The notes below the pieces were generated by a model. The model made no database searches and was not told the origin of the DNA. It saw only the letters and a list, made by a program, of their open reading frames with translations. From an uncultured Eubacteriales bacterium (lineage in GTDB: Bacteria; Acidobacteriota; Aminicenantia; Aminicenantales; Saccharicenantaceae): DNA of 64,000 nucleotides. The stretch spans positions 17,783-81,782 of the forward strand of contig CAZPEP010000005.1 in NCBI GenBank assembly GCA_964585685.1. Direction: 5' to 3'. Made by a program: the position numbers and the translations under genes. This document shows positions 9,801 to 19,344 of this stretch, piece by piece. How positions within the stretch are numbered: the first letter of the stretch is position 1; the number at the start of each line of letters is the position of its first letter.

Positions 9801-10149
9801 GGTGATGGGTCAGGCGGCTCGGAATTCCTCCGGCCGCCGGAACCGTATATATATCGGTGTTCCCCTCGTATTGCCCGGAAAACGCGATCAGGGCGCCGTC
9901 CGGGGAAAAAACCGGATCGCTTTCGATCCCGATTCCGGTCGTCAGTCGAGACGCCGTGCCTCCCTCGCGTCCAGTGATCCACAGGTCCCCGGCGAAGGCG
10001 AAGACGATCTTCGCGACGCTGATTGAGGGATGCTGCAGGAGCATGGGCTTTTTTATTTGAGCATGCACCGTTCCCGCCAGGCAGATCATGAAAGCGGCCG
10101 CAACCGCGCTTTTAGGACGGATAAGCATGGAGAATCTCCTCATTAACAT
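6811..10149 (-). CDS. tricorn protease homolog (beta-propeller/PDZ/S41 peptidase), secreted
   Basis: 1112 aa with signal peptide. Repeated WSPDGK beta-propeller motifs (TolB-like), central PDZ and C-terminal S41-type peptidase region. Length and order as in tricorn protease. Confidence 0.8.
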   Translation of the reverse strand: MLMRRFSMLIRPKSAVAAAFMICLAGTVHAQIKKPMLLQHPSISVAKIVFAFAGDLWITGREGGTASRLTTGIGIESDPVFSPDGALIAFSGQYEGNTDIYTVPAAGGIPSRLTHHPENDSVVGWSPDGKRILFLSSRNNFSFVPRLSSVPVSGGFPEEIPLPTASEGSYSPDGKRLAYVPIFQFQKAWKRYQGGQTWPIWIIGLSDLKVEKVPRENSNDSNPMWIGDKVYFLSDRKGPVSLFVYDTATKTVKEALGNDGFDFKSASAGPGGIIIEQLGGLLFFDISSAKARSIDVSLDGDFPEVRPHFVQVGSRISAADISPNGARAVFETRGEILTVPAEKGDIRNLTRTTGAVERSPAWSPDGKSVAYFSDESGEYALHIIDQAGKGPAKKIGLGDPPSFFFRLDWSPDGKKIAYSDKRLNLWYVDIDQGIPVKVDTTYYFSPALSFNFGWSPDSRWLTYAKQLPSRMNAIFAYSLETGKASQITDGLSDARFPAFDKSGKYLFFTASTDVGFTPGWLDMSKLVRPVSRSAYIAVLRKDLPSPLAPESDEEKPKEPEKAEAKDAKKGSGIKDADKSAEEKDKAKAAEKTVIDFEGISQRILALPVPVKNYLALSTGKEGVLFLLEGLLVPGAIGSAAGGGQTLHKFDLAARKIDKFLENVDGFVISATGEKILYNQGPSWAIAATAGPVEPGKGTLRTAEMNVFVDPPVEWRQMFHEALRLERDFFYDAGLHGLNLAALEKRYEPFLASVVCRQDLNYLFEDLLGELTCGHVFVGGGDQPEVLPVRVGLLGADYTIENGRYRFARVYNGENWNPDLRAPLTQPGVNVVPGEYLLAANGKDIPATEEVYKYFVATDGKQVTLKVGPNPDGKGAREVTVIPVADEYRLRNLAWIEDNRRKVDALSGGRLAYIWIPDTAEDGFSSFNRYYFAQVGKEGAIIDERFNQGGFIADYIIDYMRRPLMGYFASRNGAEYVTPVGSIYGPKVMIINEYAGSGGDMMPWLFRAAGVGPLVGTRTWGGLVGRNNAAPLMDGGSIGAPQIGFWNPNGTWDVENHGVDPDVMVEMDPAAVKAGQDPQLEKAIQVALDLLAKNPMPKHKKPTYPVYKRSWEK

Positions 10150-10249
10150 AGAATTTTAGATATATAATCCATGCCCGAGCGGATGTCAACTGGTTGGGAA
10201 ACTCCGGAGCGGGGGCGCCGATGAGTTGGGTGCGCGTGCGGCGCTCTGG

Positions 10250-11281
10250 TTAGCGGTGCAGCCAGCGATAGCGCAGGTACATGAGATATTTTCGTACACG
10301 TCGCAGATAGCTAAAGAGCCTTCCGCCGCCTTTTCTCTGTTCCATATCAAACTGCTGGCGCGGCTGCCAGTCAGGCCGCCAGCCGCTGCGGTATAACCTA
10401 TCGCGCATGGCGATCCATTTTTCGAAGCGGCCCAGCGCCTCTTCTCTCAATAACTGGCCGGCGATCTGAGCACGCTCGATCTCCGCCGGGCTGCCTGTCC
10501 GGGCCAGGTGCTCAGCATCGCGCAGCATACACATCATCACCGACATGTTATGAGCATAGATTGCCTCCGTTCGCACAGAGCGAAGATGGTTGGGAAATAG
10601 TCGTACGCTCCATTGGCCATTGTGCGCACGACGGCGGATTAACGGCTCGTGGATATGACGCAGCCCGTTCAGCAGAGCAGCCCGAAAAGGCGCCTCTGAG
10701 TCGTGACCGATGGGCAGCCAGGCTGCATCCAGCCTGGGAAAACGCATATAGACTTCTTTGCGCCAGGCCAATGTCGCGCCGAGCATTCCGGGTATCCAGA
10801 TTCTACGAATAATGTCTTCAAAAGGAATCCAGCTTGTCTCACCATCGGGAATCCGCCGGCTTAGCGGGCGTCCGGCCTCATCAATCGAGAGTGTCTTCGA
10901 TGAAACCATCGAGGCCCCACTGGTGTTAAACTCGTCGAGCACGCGCCGGGCGCGCTGCGGTTCGCAGATGTCATCGCTGTGCGCCATCAAGACGATGTCG
11001 CAGGAAGCCTGCTCAACGAGACGCACGACATGGTCAATCCCCAGGTTGCGCGAATTGCGATTCAGAAGCACGCGATGCGGACCGGAGTATCCGGCGCTGG
11101 CGTTTTTCAAGGCTTCATAGGTGCCGTCAACCGAATGATCGTCGGATAGGATGATTTCAGCCGTTACCGCTTGCTGAGCAAGGACGGAACCTACCGCTTC
11201 CTGGACAAAGGCGACCTGCTGGTAGGCGGGGAGGATGATTGTCAGGTCTGGTGCGGATGTTCCAACACTAACCAGATGCAT
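10250..11281 (-). CDS. glycosyltransferase family 2
   Basis: 343 aa. N-terminal LTIILPAYQQ...LSDDHSVDGT...DD motif arrangement typical of GT2. G-ending codon preference (ctg/gcg/ccg) differs from host genes. Confidence 0.65.
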   Translation of the reverse strand: MHLVSVGTSAPDLTIILPAYQQVAFVQEAVGSVLAQQAVTAEIILSDDHSVDGTYEALKNASAGYSGPHRVLLNRNSRNLGIDHVVRLVEQASCDIVLMAHSDDICEPQRARRVLDEFNTSGASMVSSKTLSIDEAGRPLSRRIPDGETSWIPFEDIIRRIWIPGMLGATLAWRKEVYMRFPRLDAAWLPIGHDSEAPFRAALLNGLRHIHEPLIRRRAHNGQWSVRLFPNHLRSVRTEAIYAHNMSVMMCMLRDAEHLARTGSPAEIERAQIAGQLLREEALGRFEKWIAMRDRLYRSGWRPDWQPRQQFDMEQRKGGGRLFSYLRRVRKYLMYLRYRWLHR

Positions 11282-11290
11282 CGGCAGGCC

Positions 11291-12226
11291 TCACTCGAAG
11301 GGTGTCCGGTAGGCAGGAAAGTAGCCTGGCTGCCCGCGTTGGGAAGCCAGGGCGGCATATGCCTCAGGATCCAGGATGGCGCGCAGCATGAAAATGGGTA
11401 CGCGGTGGGTGGCAAAGCGGTTTTTGAAGCGCGCCAGGCCGCCTTGATTGGCAGCAGCGGGTGCGCTGCCCATGTAAAGGTCATGATCTGCGCTCCAACG
11501 CTGGATAGCGTCTTGATACAGGGCGTAAAAAGCCCGGCGTGCATAGGCTTGAGCGTTGCCGGCAATAATGGTGAAGTGAATTTCTCCCGTATACCGGGCA
11601 ACGATCAGCGCTGCTGACAGGTTGCCGGCGTCAAAAGCGCCCAGGGCAATAATGTCCGGAATCTGCGCCAGACTTCGAAAGTAATCGGCGGGGACATTTG
11701 TGATGCGACTGAAGCCGCGCCGTAGGGCGAGTTCAGCATGATAGGCGGCGAGCTGGCGCCAGTGATCGATCAAGGCAAAAGGCTGCACGCGCCATTCACG
11801 GCGGGCGGCCGCCAGGTTGTAGCGGGTCTTTTTGCTCCACTGGGGAAGCGCGGCGCCGCGCTGATAGACAAAGTGATCTTTCAGCCTGGCAACTTGAACG
11901 CCATAAGCGGCCAATCTCTGATCATCCAGGGGGCAGCCGGGCTTGATCATCGCGTTCAGGCTTACCAATCCCTGAGATTTCAAGGCGGGGATCAGCGCGG
12001 CAGCCCCGGCCTGGGAAAGCGGCGATCCATACGGCCATGGCCCCATGGCATCATATCGCGAGCTACCCGGAATCGGCCTGACAATTACCGGCCAGGGCGC
12101 CCCTGGCGCGGTAACAGGATCGCCCAGATGTGACAGGGCCTGTCCATAGGCCGGTGTATCGAAAGGCAGCCGGTCTTCAAGCCCCGTTTGGATTGTGGCC
12201 TGGCTTTGTGTAGAAGGACACATCAA
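11291..12226 (-). CDS. acyl/acetyltransferase-like protein (GNAT/FemAB/CelD-like fold), hypothetical
   Basis: 311 aa. Weak resemblance to FemAB/CelD-type acyltransferases. Same atypical codon usage as adjacent GT2 gene. Confidence 0.35.
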   Translation of the reverse strand: MMCPSTQSQATIQTGLEDRLPFDTPAYGQALSHLGDPVTAPGAPWPVIVRPIPGSSRYDAMGPWPYGSPLSQAGAAALIPALKSQGLVSLNAMIKPGCPLDDQRLAAYGVQVARLKDHFVYQRGAALPQWSKKTRYNLAAARREWRVQPFALIDHWRQLAAYHAELALRRGFSRITNVPADYFRSLAQIPDIIALGAFDAGNLSAALIVARYTGEIHFTIIAGNAQAYARRAFYALYQDAIQRWSADHDLYMGSAPAAANQGGLARFKNRFATHRVPIFMLRAILDPEAYAALASQRGQPGYFPAYRTPFE

Positions 12227-12780
12227 TCACTCCGTTTTTATCGAATATTGTGGGCCACCCGCTTTGTGGAAAGTGTGTATTTAATTTCATGAGCAGGCCG
12301 GCCTCTCACCCTACAGGCAAGCCATCGAAAAATCCGATTGCCCAATTTGCGAACCCAGGTAATGTAATGATGGCGGGCGAGGGCGCAAGAATCATTTTGT
12401 GGTTGATAACATAGTACGCGTTTTGTTTCGGTCATGTCAAAGATAGATAGATCCGGACGCCTTCTCTCCCCTTCCGCCGCTCGATTCCAGGTCCCGGGCC
12501 CTCGCTGTCGCCTTGGTATCGACCAGGCGCGGAATCAGGTCCGTCAACGGCTTCTTCACAGCCTCGACCGCTGAGATAGGGTATTCGGAGGGAGCGGGAG
12601 TCCATGGTTTTCTTTAGCCGGTGCAGCGGGGTTTTTGATCCCGATTGGATCTTCGGGAGAGGTTTTCGCGGTTATTGACACGGCCGCCCGGCCGGAGATA
12701 TAGTTCCGTTATGGACAGGAGGGTGAAGTCGGCGGCGAGGGCGGGAGTTCGTCGCGCCGCGATAAAGGAAACTCTTATCC

Positions 12781-14196
12781 TTGCTAAATATGAAACTAAG
12801 CTCTGAGGAAAAAGTGCCGTCCAAGCGTGTTAGGAAGATGCCGGACGCCTATGTCCTTATCGTGTGCTTTGCCCTTTTGGCGATGGTCGCCACTTGGGTC
12901 GTCCCTGCGGGAGAGTATGCGTTCTCTGTTGACCCGGTTACCAATATCAGGCAGATCGACCCTTCTTCTTTTACCGTGCTCCCCCGGCATCCGGTCACGC
13001 CGCTTAAGCTATTCTTGTTTCTCCCCCTCGGCTTGGAAAAGGCGGCGGAGGTTATCTTCATGCTCCTCCTCGTTGGGGGCTTCCTGCAGGTGATCAGCGA
13101 TACCGGCGCCATTGATGTGGGCCTTTCCACGCTGATACGCAAATTGGGAAACAGAGGCTTGTTGCTGATCCCCATGGTGATGGTGTTCATGTCGATATTG
13201 GGCTATTCTGGGATCCTCAACAATGCCATCGTCGCCTTTATCCCGCTAGGGCTGCTCGTTGCCCGCCGACTGAACCTCGATCCCGTTTGCGGCGTCGCGA
13301 TCATGTATCTCGGCTGCTTCTCCGGATTTACGCCTTCGGCCATTTGCGCTCCCACGACTCTGGTCGCCCAGAAGATCGCCGGTTTACCACCCTTTTCGGG
13401 CCTTGCCGTGAGGACGGTGGTTTGGCTGATTGTTTTGGCGGTGACGATCTGGTATGTCATGCGCTACGCATCCAAGGTCAAGGCCGACCCTTCGGCGAGC
13501 ATTTATTCTCAATTCGACGCCAGCATCGTTGTCCCTGTCGGAGGAGAACCGACCTTTTCGCTTCGCCACACCTTGGTCCTCTTGTGCTTGGCTTCCGGTT
13601 TTGTCTTTTTCGGATGGGGCGCGGCCACCCGGCATTGGGAACTGAACCACCTGAGCGCGATCATGACCGCGGTGGGGATTTTTGGCGGGTTCATTGGCGG
13701 GATGAAGTCCCCGAAGATCATCCAATCCTTCTTGTTGGGCAGCAAACAAATGGTCTATTCCGCGGTGATCATCGGTCTCGCGAGGGCGATCACCCTTATT
13801 ATGGAGGACGGGCGCATCATCCATACCGTTGTGCGCTCCCTGTCCGCCCCGTTGGTCAAGCTGCCGGCGATGATTTCGGCAATGGGCATGTACCTGATGA
13901 GCATCGGAATCCACTTTTTTATCAGCTCCGGATCAGGCCAGGCCTATGTCACTATGCCCATCATGGCCCCGATCGCCGATATCGTCGGCCTGAGTCGACA
14001 GACCGCCGTTTCCGCCTATCTCTATGGCGACGGCTTTATCAATATCATCATTCCGACGTCCGCAGTTTTGATGTCCGTGATCGCCACGTCGAAGATCCCC
14101 TACGGTCGCTGGCTCAAATTTGCTGTTCCCCTCTGTCTCATTTGGATTCTGATCGGGGGGCTTGCCATCGGCTATTCGACGGCCTTCGGGTGGTGA
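12781..14196 (+). CDS. YfcC-family (C4-dicarboxylate anaerobic carrier-like, DcuC superfamily) membrane transporter
   Basis: 471 aa polytopic membrane protein with YfcC-like segments. Alternative start at 12838 (MPDAYVL) possible. Lower GC than host core. Confidence 0.6.
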   Translation: MLNMKLSSEEKVPSKRVRKMPDAYVLIVCFALLAMVATWVVPAGEYAFSVDPVTNIRQIDPSSFTVLPRHPVTPLKLFLFLPLGLEKAAEVIFMLLLVGGFLQVISDTGAIDVGLSTLIRKLGNRGLLLIPMVMVFMSILGYSGILNNAIVAFIPLGLLVARRLNLDPVCGVAIMYLGCFSGFTPSAICAPTTLVAQKIAGLPPFSGLAVRTVVWLIVLAVTIWYVMRYASKVKADPSASIYSQFDASIVVPVGGEPTFSLRHTLVLLCLASGFVFFGWGAATRHWELNHLSAIMTAVGIFGGFIGGMKSPKIIQSFLLGSKQMVYSAVIIGLARAITLIMEDGRIIHTVVRSLSAPLVKLPAMISAMGMYLMSIGIHFFISSGSGQAYVTMPIMAPIADIVGLSRQTAVSAYLYGDGFINIIIPTSAVLMSVIATSKIPYGRWLKFAVPLCLIWILIGGLAIGYSTAFGW

Positions 14197-14406
14197 TCGG
14201 CTTTTCTTAGCCTCAGATAATTTCTGTCAGGGCAATCAGATACGAAGGAAACCCTCCAGAATCCCTCGCATCTAATAAAAAAAAAGAGGTTAAGCTAAAT
14301 TAGCCCTATTATTTGGGGGACGTTCTTTTGCGAACTTATCTTGACACGGCCACGAAAAGCGCTATAGACTATAGGCTATACTGGAAAAAAATGTCTGGGG
14401 ACAATA

Positions 14407-15060
14407 ATGGTCGATCAGGATAACAAGCCTCTTGAAATTCCGGCTACGATCAGCGAAACGATCTATAGATATCTAAAAAAAGCCATACTCGAAGGGGAAT
14501 TAAGGCCCGGTCAGAGGATCCAGGAGAAGGAGATCGCCGGACTCTATCATATGAGCGCCACCCCCGTCAGAGAGGCTTTCCGAAGGCTTGCGGCCAAGAA
14601 TTTCCTGACCATCGATGCCCGGAAGGGCGTCATCGTCACGCCGGTTAGCATGGAAGACATCCTGGACCTCTTTGAGGTCGTCACGATCCTCGACGTCTAC
14701 GCTATGAAGAAAGCTCTTGCGGCGATAAGTCTCGGGTCTTTGGAGCAACTCAAACAGATGACCCTGAGGATGGGGGATTCGTACCGGAAGAGACAGCTCG
14801 TCTCTTATATCAAAGAGAACGTGGAAATTCATTTCAAAATCTGGGAAGAATGCGGGAACAAATTTCTCCGGCAGACGCTTCGAGATTCCGGAGAAAAGTT
14901 CGCTTTTTACAGCCACCAGTTTTATCTTCTGGTTCCGGACCTGGACGCCTGCCTGGAAAAGTCCTATAACGACCATCTGGATATCATCGAGGCGCTGGAA
15001 AACAAGGATCAGACGAAGATTGAACGGATCTTGACCTCGCATTGGTCGTATGGAAAGTGA
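14407..15060 (+). CDS. GntR-family transcriptional regulator (FadR/FCD subfamily)
   Basis: 217 aa. N-terminal wHTH (LRPGQRIQEKEIAGLYHMSATPVREAFRRLAAKNFL) plus C-terminal all-helical FCD-like domain. ~50% GC by eye. Confidence 0.8.
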   Translation: MVDQDNKPLEIPATISETIYRYLKKAILEGELRPGQRIQEKEIAGLYHMSATPVREAFRRLAAKNFLTIDARKGVIVTPVSMEDILDLFEVVTILDVYAMKKALAAISLGSLEQLKQMTLRMGDSYRKRQLVSYIKENVEIHFKIWEECGNKFLRQTLRDSGEKFAFYSHQFYLLVPDLDACLEKSYNDHLDIIEALENKDQTKIERILTSHWSYGK

Positions 15061-15142
15061 AGACGAAAGGAGGTGTGGACGAACCGAAACGCACGATGCA
15101 AAAGAAAGGTTCTAAGCGTCTAAGAGGGGAAATATTAAAGGA

Positions 15143-17971
15143 GTGCAAACAATGAGAAAAAGGGCTTTCACATTTTTTCTATTCTGCATTCTGTTTCTGA
15201 GTGCAGCCTCGATGGTTCTGGCCCAGTTCGGGCAGACCGGTTCCATTAACGGGACGGTCAAAGACTCCGAGGGGGCGCCCCTTCCGGGTGTTGGCGTAAC
15301 GATCAAATCGCCAGCGCTCATTCTGCCCGAGATGAACACGTTGACCAACCAGCAGGGGATCTATCGTTTTCCGTCCCTGGCGCCCGGGAAATATGAGGTC
15401 ACGTACGCTCTCCAGGGGATGAGCACGCTCGTACGAAAAGATATCATCATTACCGCCAGCAACACGACGACGATCGACGTGACCCTGGAGCTCATGAAGC
15501 TCAATGAGAACATCGTCGTGACGGGCCAGACTCCGACTGTGGACATCCAGTCAACGACCCGCACCACGAACTTGGACAAAGATTTTCTGGCATCTATTCC
15601 GGGCTTCCGGGTCCTGGACGCCTATTTCAACATGACGCCCGGCGTTGTTTCCGAATCAAGCGCCGGCGGCGGCCCCATGTCGAGTGCCAACGGAGGCGCC
15701 GTCCGGGACAACGCCTTTAAAATCGACGGCGTCAGCATGAGTGCTCCGGATGTGGGAACGCAGAAAGGAGAGGTCGGCATGGACATCATGGAAGAACTCT
15801 CCATCCAGTCCGGGGGCCTTCCGGCAGAATACGGAGATACCCAGGGGACGCTGGTCAACGTCGTCACCAAGTCCGGAGGGAACACCTTCAGCGGGTCGGC
15901 CAGCTTCTATTACAACAGCGACAAGCTTCAATCCGACAATACCAAAGGGACAGCCCTCGAGGGCAGGTTCAGCGGCTATAAATATATCTATGAACCGGGG
16001 ATCACATTAGGAGGACCCATCATCAAGGATAGGCTTTGGTTTTTCACCAACCTCGGCCTTACCAAGCGCGCCGTCAATATCGCCGGCTTCCCCTATGACC
16101 AAGCCACAACAGTCCCGGCTCTCGAGACCCGATACAACCCATATTTCAAGCTCACTTTCGTACCCAGCCAAAAGAACAAGTTCGTTCTCTCGTATGTCTA
16201 TGCGAATCTGATCCAGGATAATGCGGGTGCCAGCCCCAATTTCACTGAGGAGGCAACCTTCAAATGGGACGCCCCGCAGCATATTCTTAACGCCCAATGG
16301 ACTCATTTTTTCAACGACAGCTTCTTTGCTGATCTCAAGGTAGGCTATTTAGCGTCGAAAGATAATCTGGTGCCCATAAACGAGGGGGCGATCTATGTGG
16401 ATGTCCTGACAAATCGCTATTCAGGAGCTTACCCGTTCAAGGACCTCTATTCGGCGTCCCGGCTGCAGGGGAATGTCAACCTGACCTATTTCAAGGATAA
16501 CTTTGTCGGTTCCCACGAATTCAAGTTGGGAGGCGAATTCCAGGCAACGGACGCAACCGAGGATTTCATACCGGCGCGAGATCCCAGGAATGGCCTCAGC
16601 CAAATACTAACGGCGGATGGATATCCTCTATTCGGAATCTGGTTCTCCGAAAAGCATGATCAAGCAAAGACGATGGACTTTTCCGCCTTTGTTCAAGATA
16701 CCTGGAAACCGGCAAAAAGATTGGCCTTCAATCTGGGGCTGAGATTTTCCCACCAGAGGGGGATCATTCCGGCTCAGAATGAAAGCGAGGGGCCTCAGAC
16801 GTTCCTTGGAGCCAATTTTAATAGAAGCGTTACCTCGGCCTATACTCCCATCAAGCGGACAAATATTTCTCCGCGTGTCGGGCTGATCTATGACATCGTG
16901 GGCGATGGAAAGACTCTGTTTAAAGCGAGCTATTCCCGGTACATCCAAGCGAACCTGATGCAATATTTCACCGAGGTCAATCCGAACTCCATCTGGGATT
17001 ACGTCCAGCTCCTCAACCCGGATTTTACACCCATGCCGGACGGCTACCTTGATGCTAATTTTCCAAATCCTGGCAAAGTCGGTTACGGCAACGTGAAATT
17101 GAAATCCCCCTACACGGATGAGTTCACAATTGGCCTGGAGAGGGAGCTTTTCACGGGCTGGTCTCTGGCGCTCCGATACATGAAAAGAATGGACCGAAAT
17201 CTTCTCGAGGACGCAAATGCCAGCCAGCTCGACATTGATAAACTTGTCAACAACGGAGAGCTCGTCTGGACCAATTGGACCCAGGTCTCTTTTGTCGATC
17301 CCTATGACGGTCAGCAGGAATACTTCTGGAGCCAGAACGAGATTTTGCCGGCCGACATGTATATGATCAATCCTCCCGGCGCTAAGAGAGATTTTGACGG
17401 GATCGAAGTTGTCCTCAACAAGAGGTATTCGCAAGGCTGGTCCTTGATGGCCTCCTATGTCTATCAGAACTCCCGGGGCCTCATCGGAACCGATTATGTC
17501 GACAGCTGGAGCGGAGCCGATTATTATGATGACCCCAACGCGCACATCAACGCGGTCGGAAAGCTTCTCCTGAATCGTCCCCATCAGTTCAAGCTGCAGG
17601 GCATGGTCAAAGGCCCGTGGGGCGTCAACGTCGGCGGCTATTTCAGGGCCTACTCGGGACAACGGTACACCCGGCAAGTTTCCAGTTATGATCTGGGGAT
17701 TGATGTCAACCAAGGAGAAGCGACCGTCAACGCGGAAACAAGAGGAATCCGCTCACTCCCCGCTCAGGTAATTCTCGACCTCAGGTTGGAAAAGACCTTC
17801 CACCTTCAGCGAATTACGTTTGGAATCTTCGCCGATTGCTTTAATCTCTTCAACGGGAATAAGGCTACAGAAGTCCAGATCGTATCCAGCAGCTCAGCCA
17901 TCGTCTTTGGCCAGATGGTTGCCATCCAGGACCCGCGGATCTTCAGGCTCGGAGCCAGATTCGAGTTTTAG
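15143..17971 (+). CDS. TonB-dependent receptor with N-terminal carboxypeptidase-regulatory-like domain
   Basis: 942 aa. Signal peptide, CarbopepD_reg-like N-terminus (GSINGTVKDSEGAPLPGVGVTIKS), beta-barrel body, terminal aromatic ...RLGARFEF. RBS AAGGAG upstream. Confidence 0.75.
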   Translation: MQTMRKRAFTFFLFCILFLSAASMVLAQFGQTGSINGTVKDSEGAPLPGVGVTIKSPALILPEMNTLTNQQGIYRFPSLAPGKYEVTYALQGMSTLVRKDIIITASNTTTIDVTLELMKLNENIVVTGQTPTVDIQSTTRTTNLDKDFLASIPGFRVLDAYFNMTPGVVSESSAGGGPMSSANGGAVRDNAFKIDGVSMSAPDVGTQKGEVGMDIMEELSIQSGGLPAEYGDTQGTLVNVVTKSGGNTFSGSASFYYNSDKLQSDNTKGTALEGRFSGYKYIYEPGITLGGPIIKDRLWFFTNLGLTKRAVNIAGFPYDQATTVPALETRYNPYFKLTFVPSQKNKFVLSYVYANLIQDNAGASPNFTEEATFKWDAPQHILNAQWTHFFNDSFFADLKVGYLASKDNLVPINEGAIYVDVLTNRYSGAYPFKDLYSASRLQGNVNLTYFKDNFVGSHEFKLGGEFQATDATEDFIPARDPRNGLSQILTADGYPLFGIWFSEKHDQAKTMDFSAFVQDTWKPAKRLAFNLGLRFSHQRGIIPAQNESEGPQTFLGANFNRSVTSAYTPIKRTNISPRVGLIYDIVGDGKTLFKASYSRYIQANLMQYFTEVNPNSIWDYVQLLNPDFTPMPDGYLDANFPNPGKVGYGNVKLKSPYTDEFTIGLERELFTGWSLALRYMKRMDRNLLEDANASQLDIDKLVNNGELVWTNWTQVSFVDPYDGQQEYFWSQNEILPADMYMINPPGAKRDFDGIEVVLNKRYSQGWSLMASYVYQNSRGLIGTDYVDSWSGADYYDDPNAHINAVGKLLLNRPHQFKLQGMVKGPWGVNVGGYFRAYSGQRYTRQVSSYDLGIDVNQGEATVNAETRGIRSLPAQVILDLRLEKTFHLQRITFGIFADCFNLFNGNKATEVQIVSSSSAIVFGQMVAIQDPRIFRLGARFEF

Positions 17972-17996
17972 AACAGCGATATTACGTCGTCATGCA

Positions 17997-18040
17997 GGAA
18001 GAAGGGGACGTTGCGGCGTTCCCTTCTTCCTTTTTTTCTT
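17997..18040 (+). terminator. rho-independent terminator after TonB-dependent receptor gene
   Basis: GGAAGAAGGGGACG-TTGCGGC-GTTCCCTTCTTCC followed by TTTTTTTCTT. Confidence 0.6.
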
Positions 18041-18135
18041 AGGTCAAGAAGTTCGTTGGAGCTTGGAAGCCTTTCAAATGGAGCGATCTAGGAAAGAATT
18101 TTTCCTTATCCGGGCTACAATCGGGGACTGGCGCG

Positions 18136-19320
18136 ATGGCTGGACAACGGGCGCGCGAAACGCAAGACACAGGGGCTGAGATGCAGGAACGGTGTCTGGA
18201 AGAGCTTGAAACACCGGCGCTGATTCTTGACGAAGCCCGAATGGACCGCAACATCGAGCGCATGCGCAGCCATTTGCACCGCCTCGGGGTCGCGTTCCGC
18301 CCGCACGTCAAGACCAACAAGTGCATGGACGTGGCGCGTCGGCTGATGGAAACACCGCAAGGCCCGATCACGGTCTCCACCCTGCTGGAGGCCGAGTACT
18401 TCGCGGCGCACGGGGTCAAGGACATCCTGTACGCCGTCTGCATCGCGCCGAACAAGCTGGATCATGTGATGTCCCTGCAGGACAAGGGGGTCCGGCTGTC
18501 GCTCATCCTGGACAGCATGGAGACCGCCCGGTTTCTGGCCGGGTGTAACAGGGCGGCACGGCGTCACTTTGACGTCCTCATCGAGATCGATTCGGACGGC
18601 CACCGTTCGGGCGTGACGCCCGACGCGGGCGAGATCGTTGAGATCGGCCGGTTCCTCGATGGCGCGGGCATTCCGGTGAAGGGGGTGCTCACCCATGCCG
18701 GCAGTTCCTACGACTGCCCATCCATGGACGCGATCCGCGCTGTGGCTGAGCAGGAGCGTGCCGCAGTCGTTCATGCGGCTGATCGCCTGCGCGCGGCGGG
18801 CATGGCGTGCCCGGTGGTCAGCGTGGGCTCGACGCCGACCGCGCTGTTTTCCGAGCATCTGAAGGGCGTGACGGAAGTGCGTGCCGGCGTGTTCGTCTTC
18901 TTTGATCTAGTGATGGCCGGCCTGAATGTCTGCCGTGTGGACGACATCGCCCTGTCGGTGTTGGCAACCGTGATCGGGCATCGGCGCGACAAAGGCTGGA
19001 CCATTCTCGATGCCGGGTGGATGGCCATGTCACGCGACCGCGGCACGGCCAAGCAGCCGGTGGACCAGGGCTATGGCCTCGTCTGTGACCTCGATGGCCA
19101 GCCGCTGGACGACTTCATTCTGGCGGGTGCCAACCAGGAGCACGGCATCATGGCGCATCGATCCGGCAAGGCAGATAGTGCGCTGCATCTGCCCGTGGGC
19201 ACCCAGGTGCGGATCCTGCCCAACCATGCGTGTTCCACCGCTGCGCAGCATGGCCATTACAAGGTGTTGGGGCTCGGGCACGAGATCACCGCGACCTGGC
19301 AGCGTTTCAGCGGCTGGTAA
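18136..19320 (+). CDS. DSD1-family PLP enzyme (alanine-racemase-like fold; D-serine dehydratase / D-threonine aldolase-like)
   Basis: 394 aa. PALILDEARMDRNIERM...RPHVKTNKC (PLP-lysine motif of alanine racemase N-domain family) and C-terminal D-serine-dehydratase-like region. Confidence 0.7.
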   Translation: MAGQRARETQDTGAEMQERCLEELETPALILDEARMDRNIERMRSHLHRLGVAFRPHVKTNKCMDVARRLMETPQGPITVSTLLEAEYFAAHGVKDILYAVCIAPNKLDHVMSLQDKGVRLSLILDSMETARFLAGCNRAARRHFDVLIEIDSDGHRSGVTPDAGEIVEIGRFLDGAGIPVKGVLTHAGSSYDCPSMDAIRAVAEQERAAVVHAADRLRAAGMACPVVSVGSTPTALFSEHLKGVTEVRAGVFVFFDLVMAGLNVCRVDDIALSVLATVIGHRRDKGWTILDAGWMAMSRDRGTAKQPVDQGYGLVCDLDGQPLDDFILAGANQEHGIMAHRSGKADSALHLPVGTQVRILPNHACSTAAQHGHYKVLGLGHEITATWQRFSGW

Positions 19321-19344
19321 AGCCAGAAAGAAAGGAGGACGAAC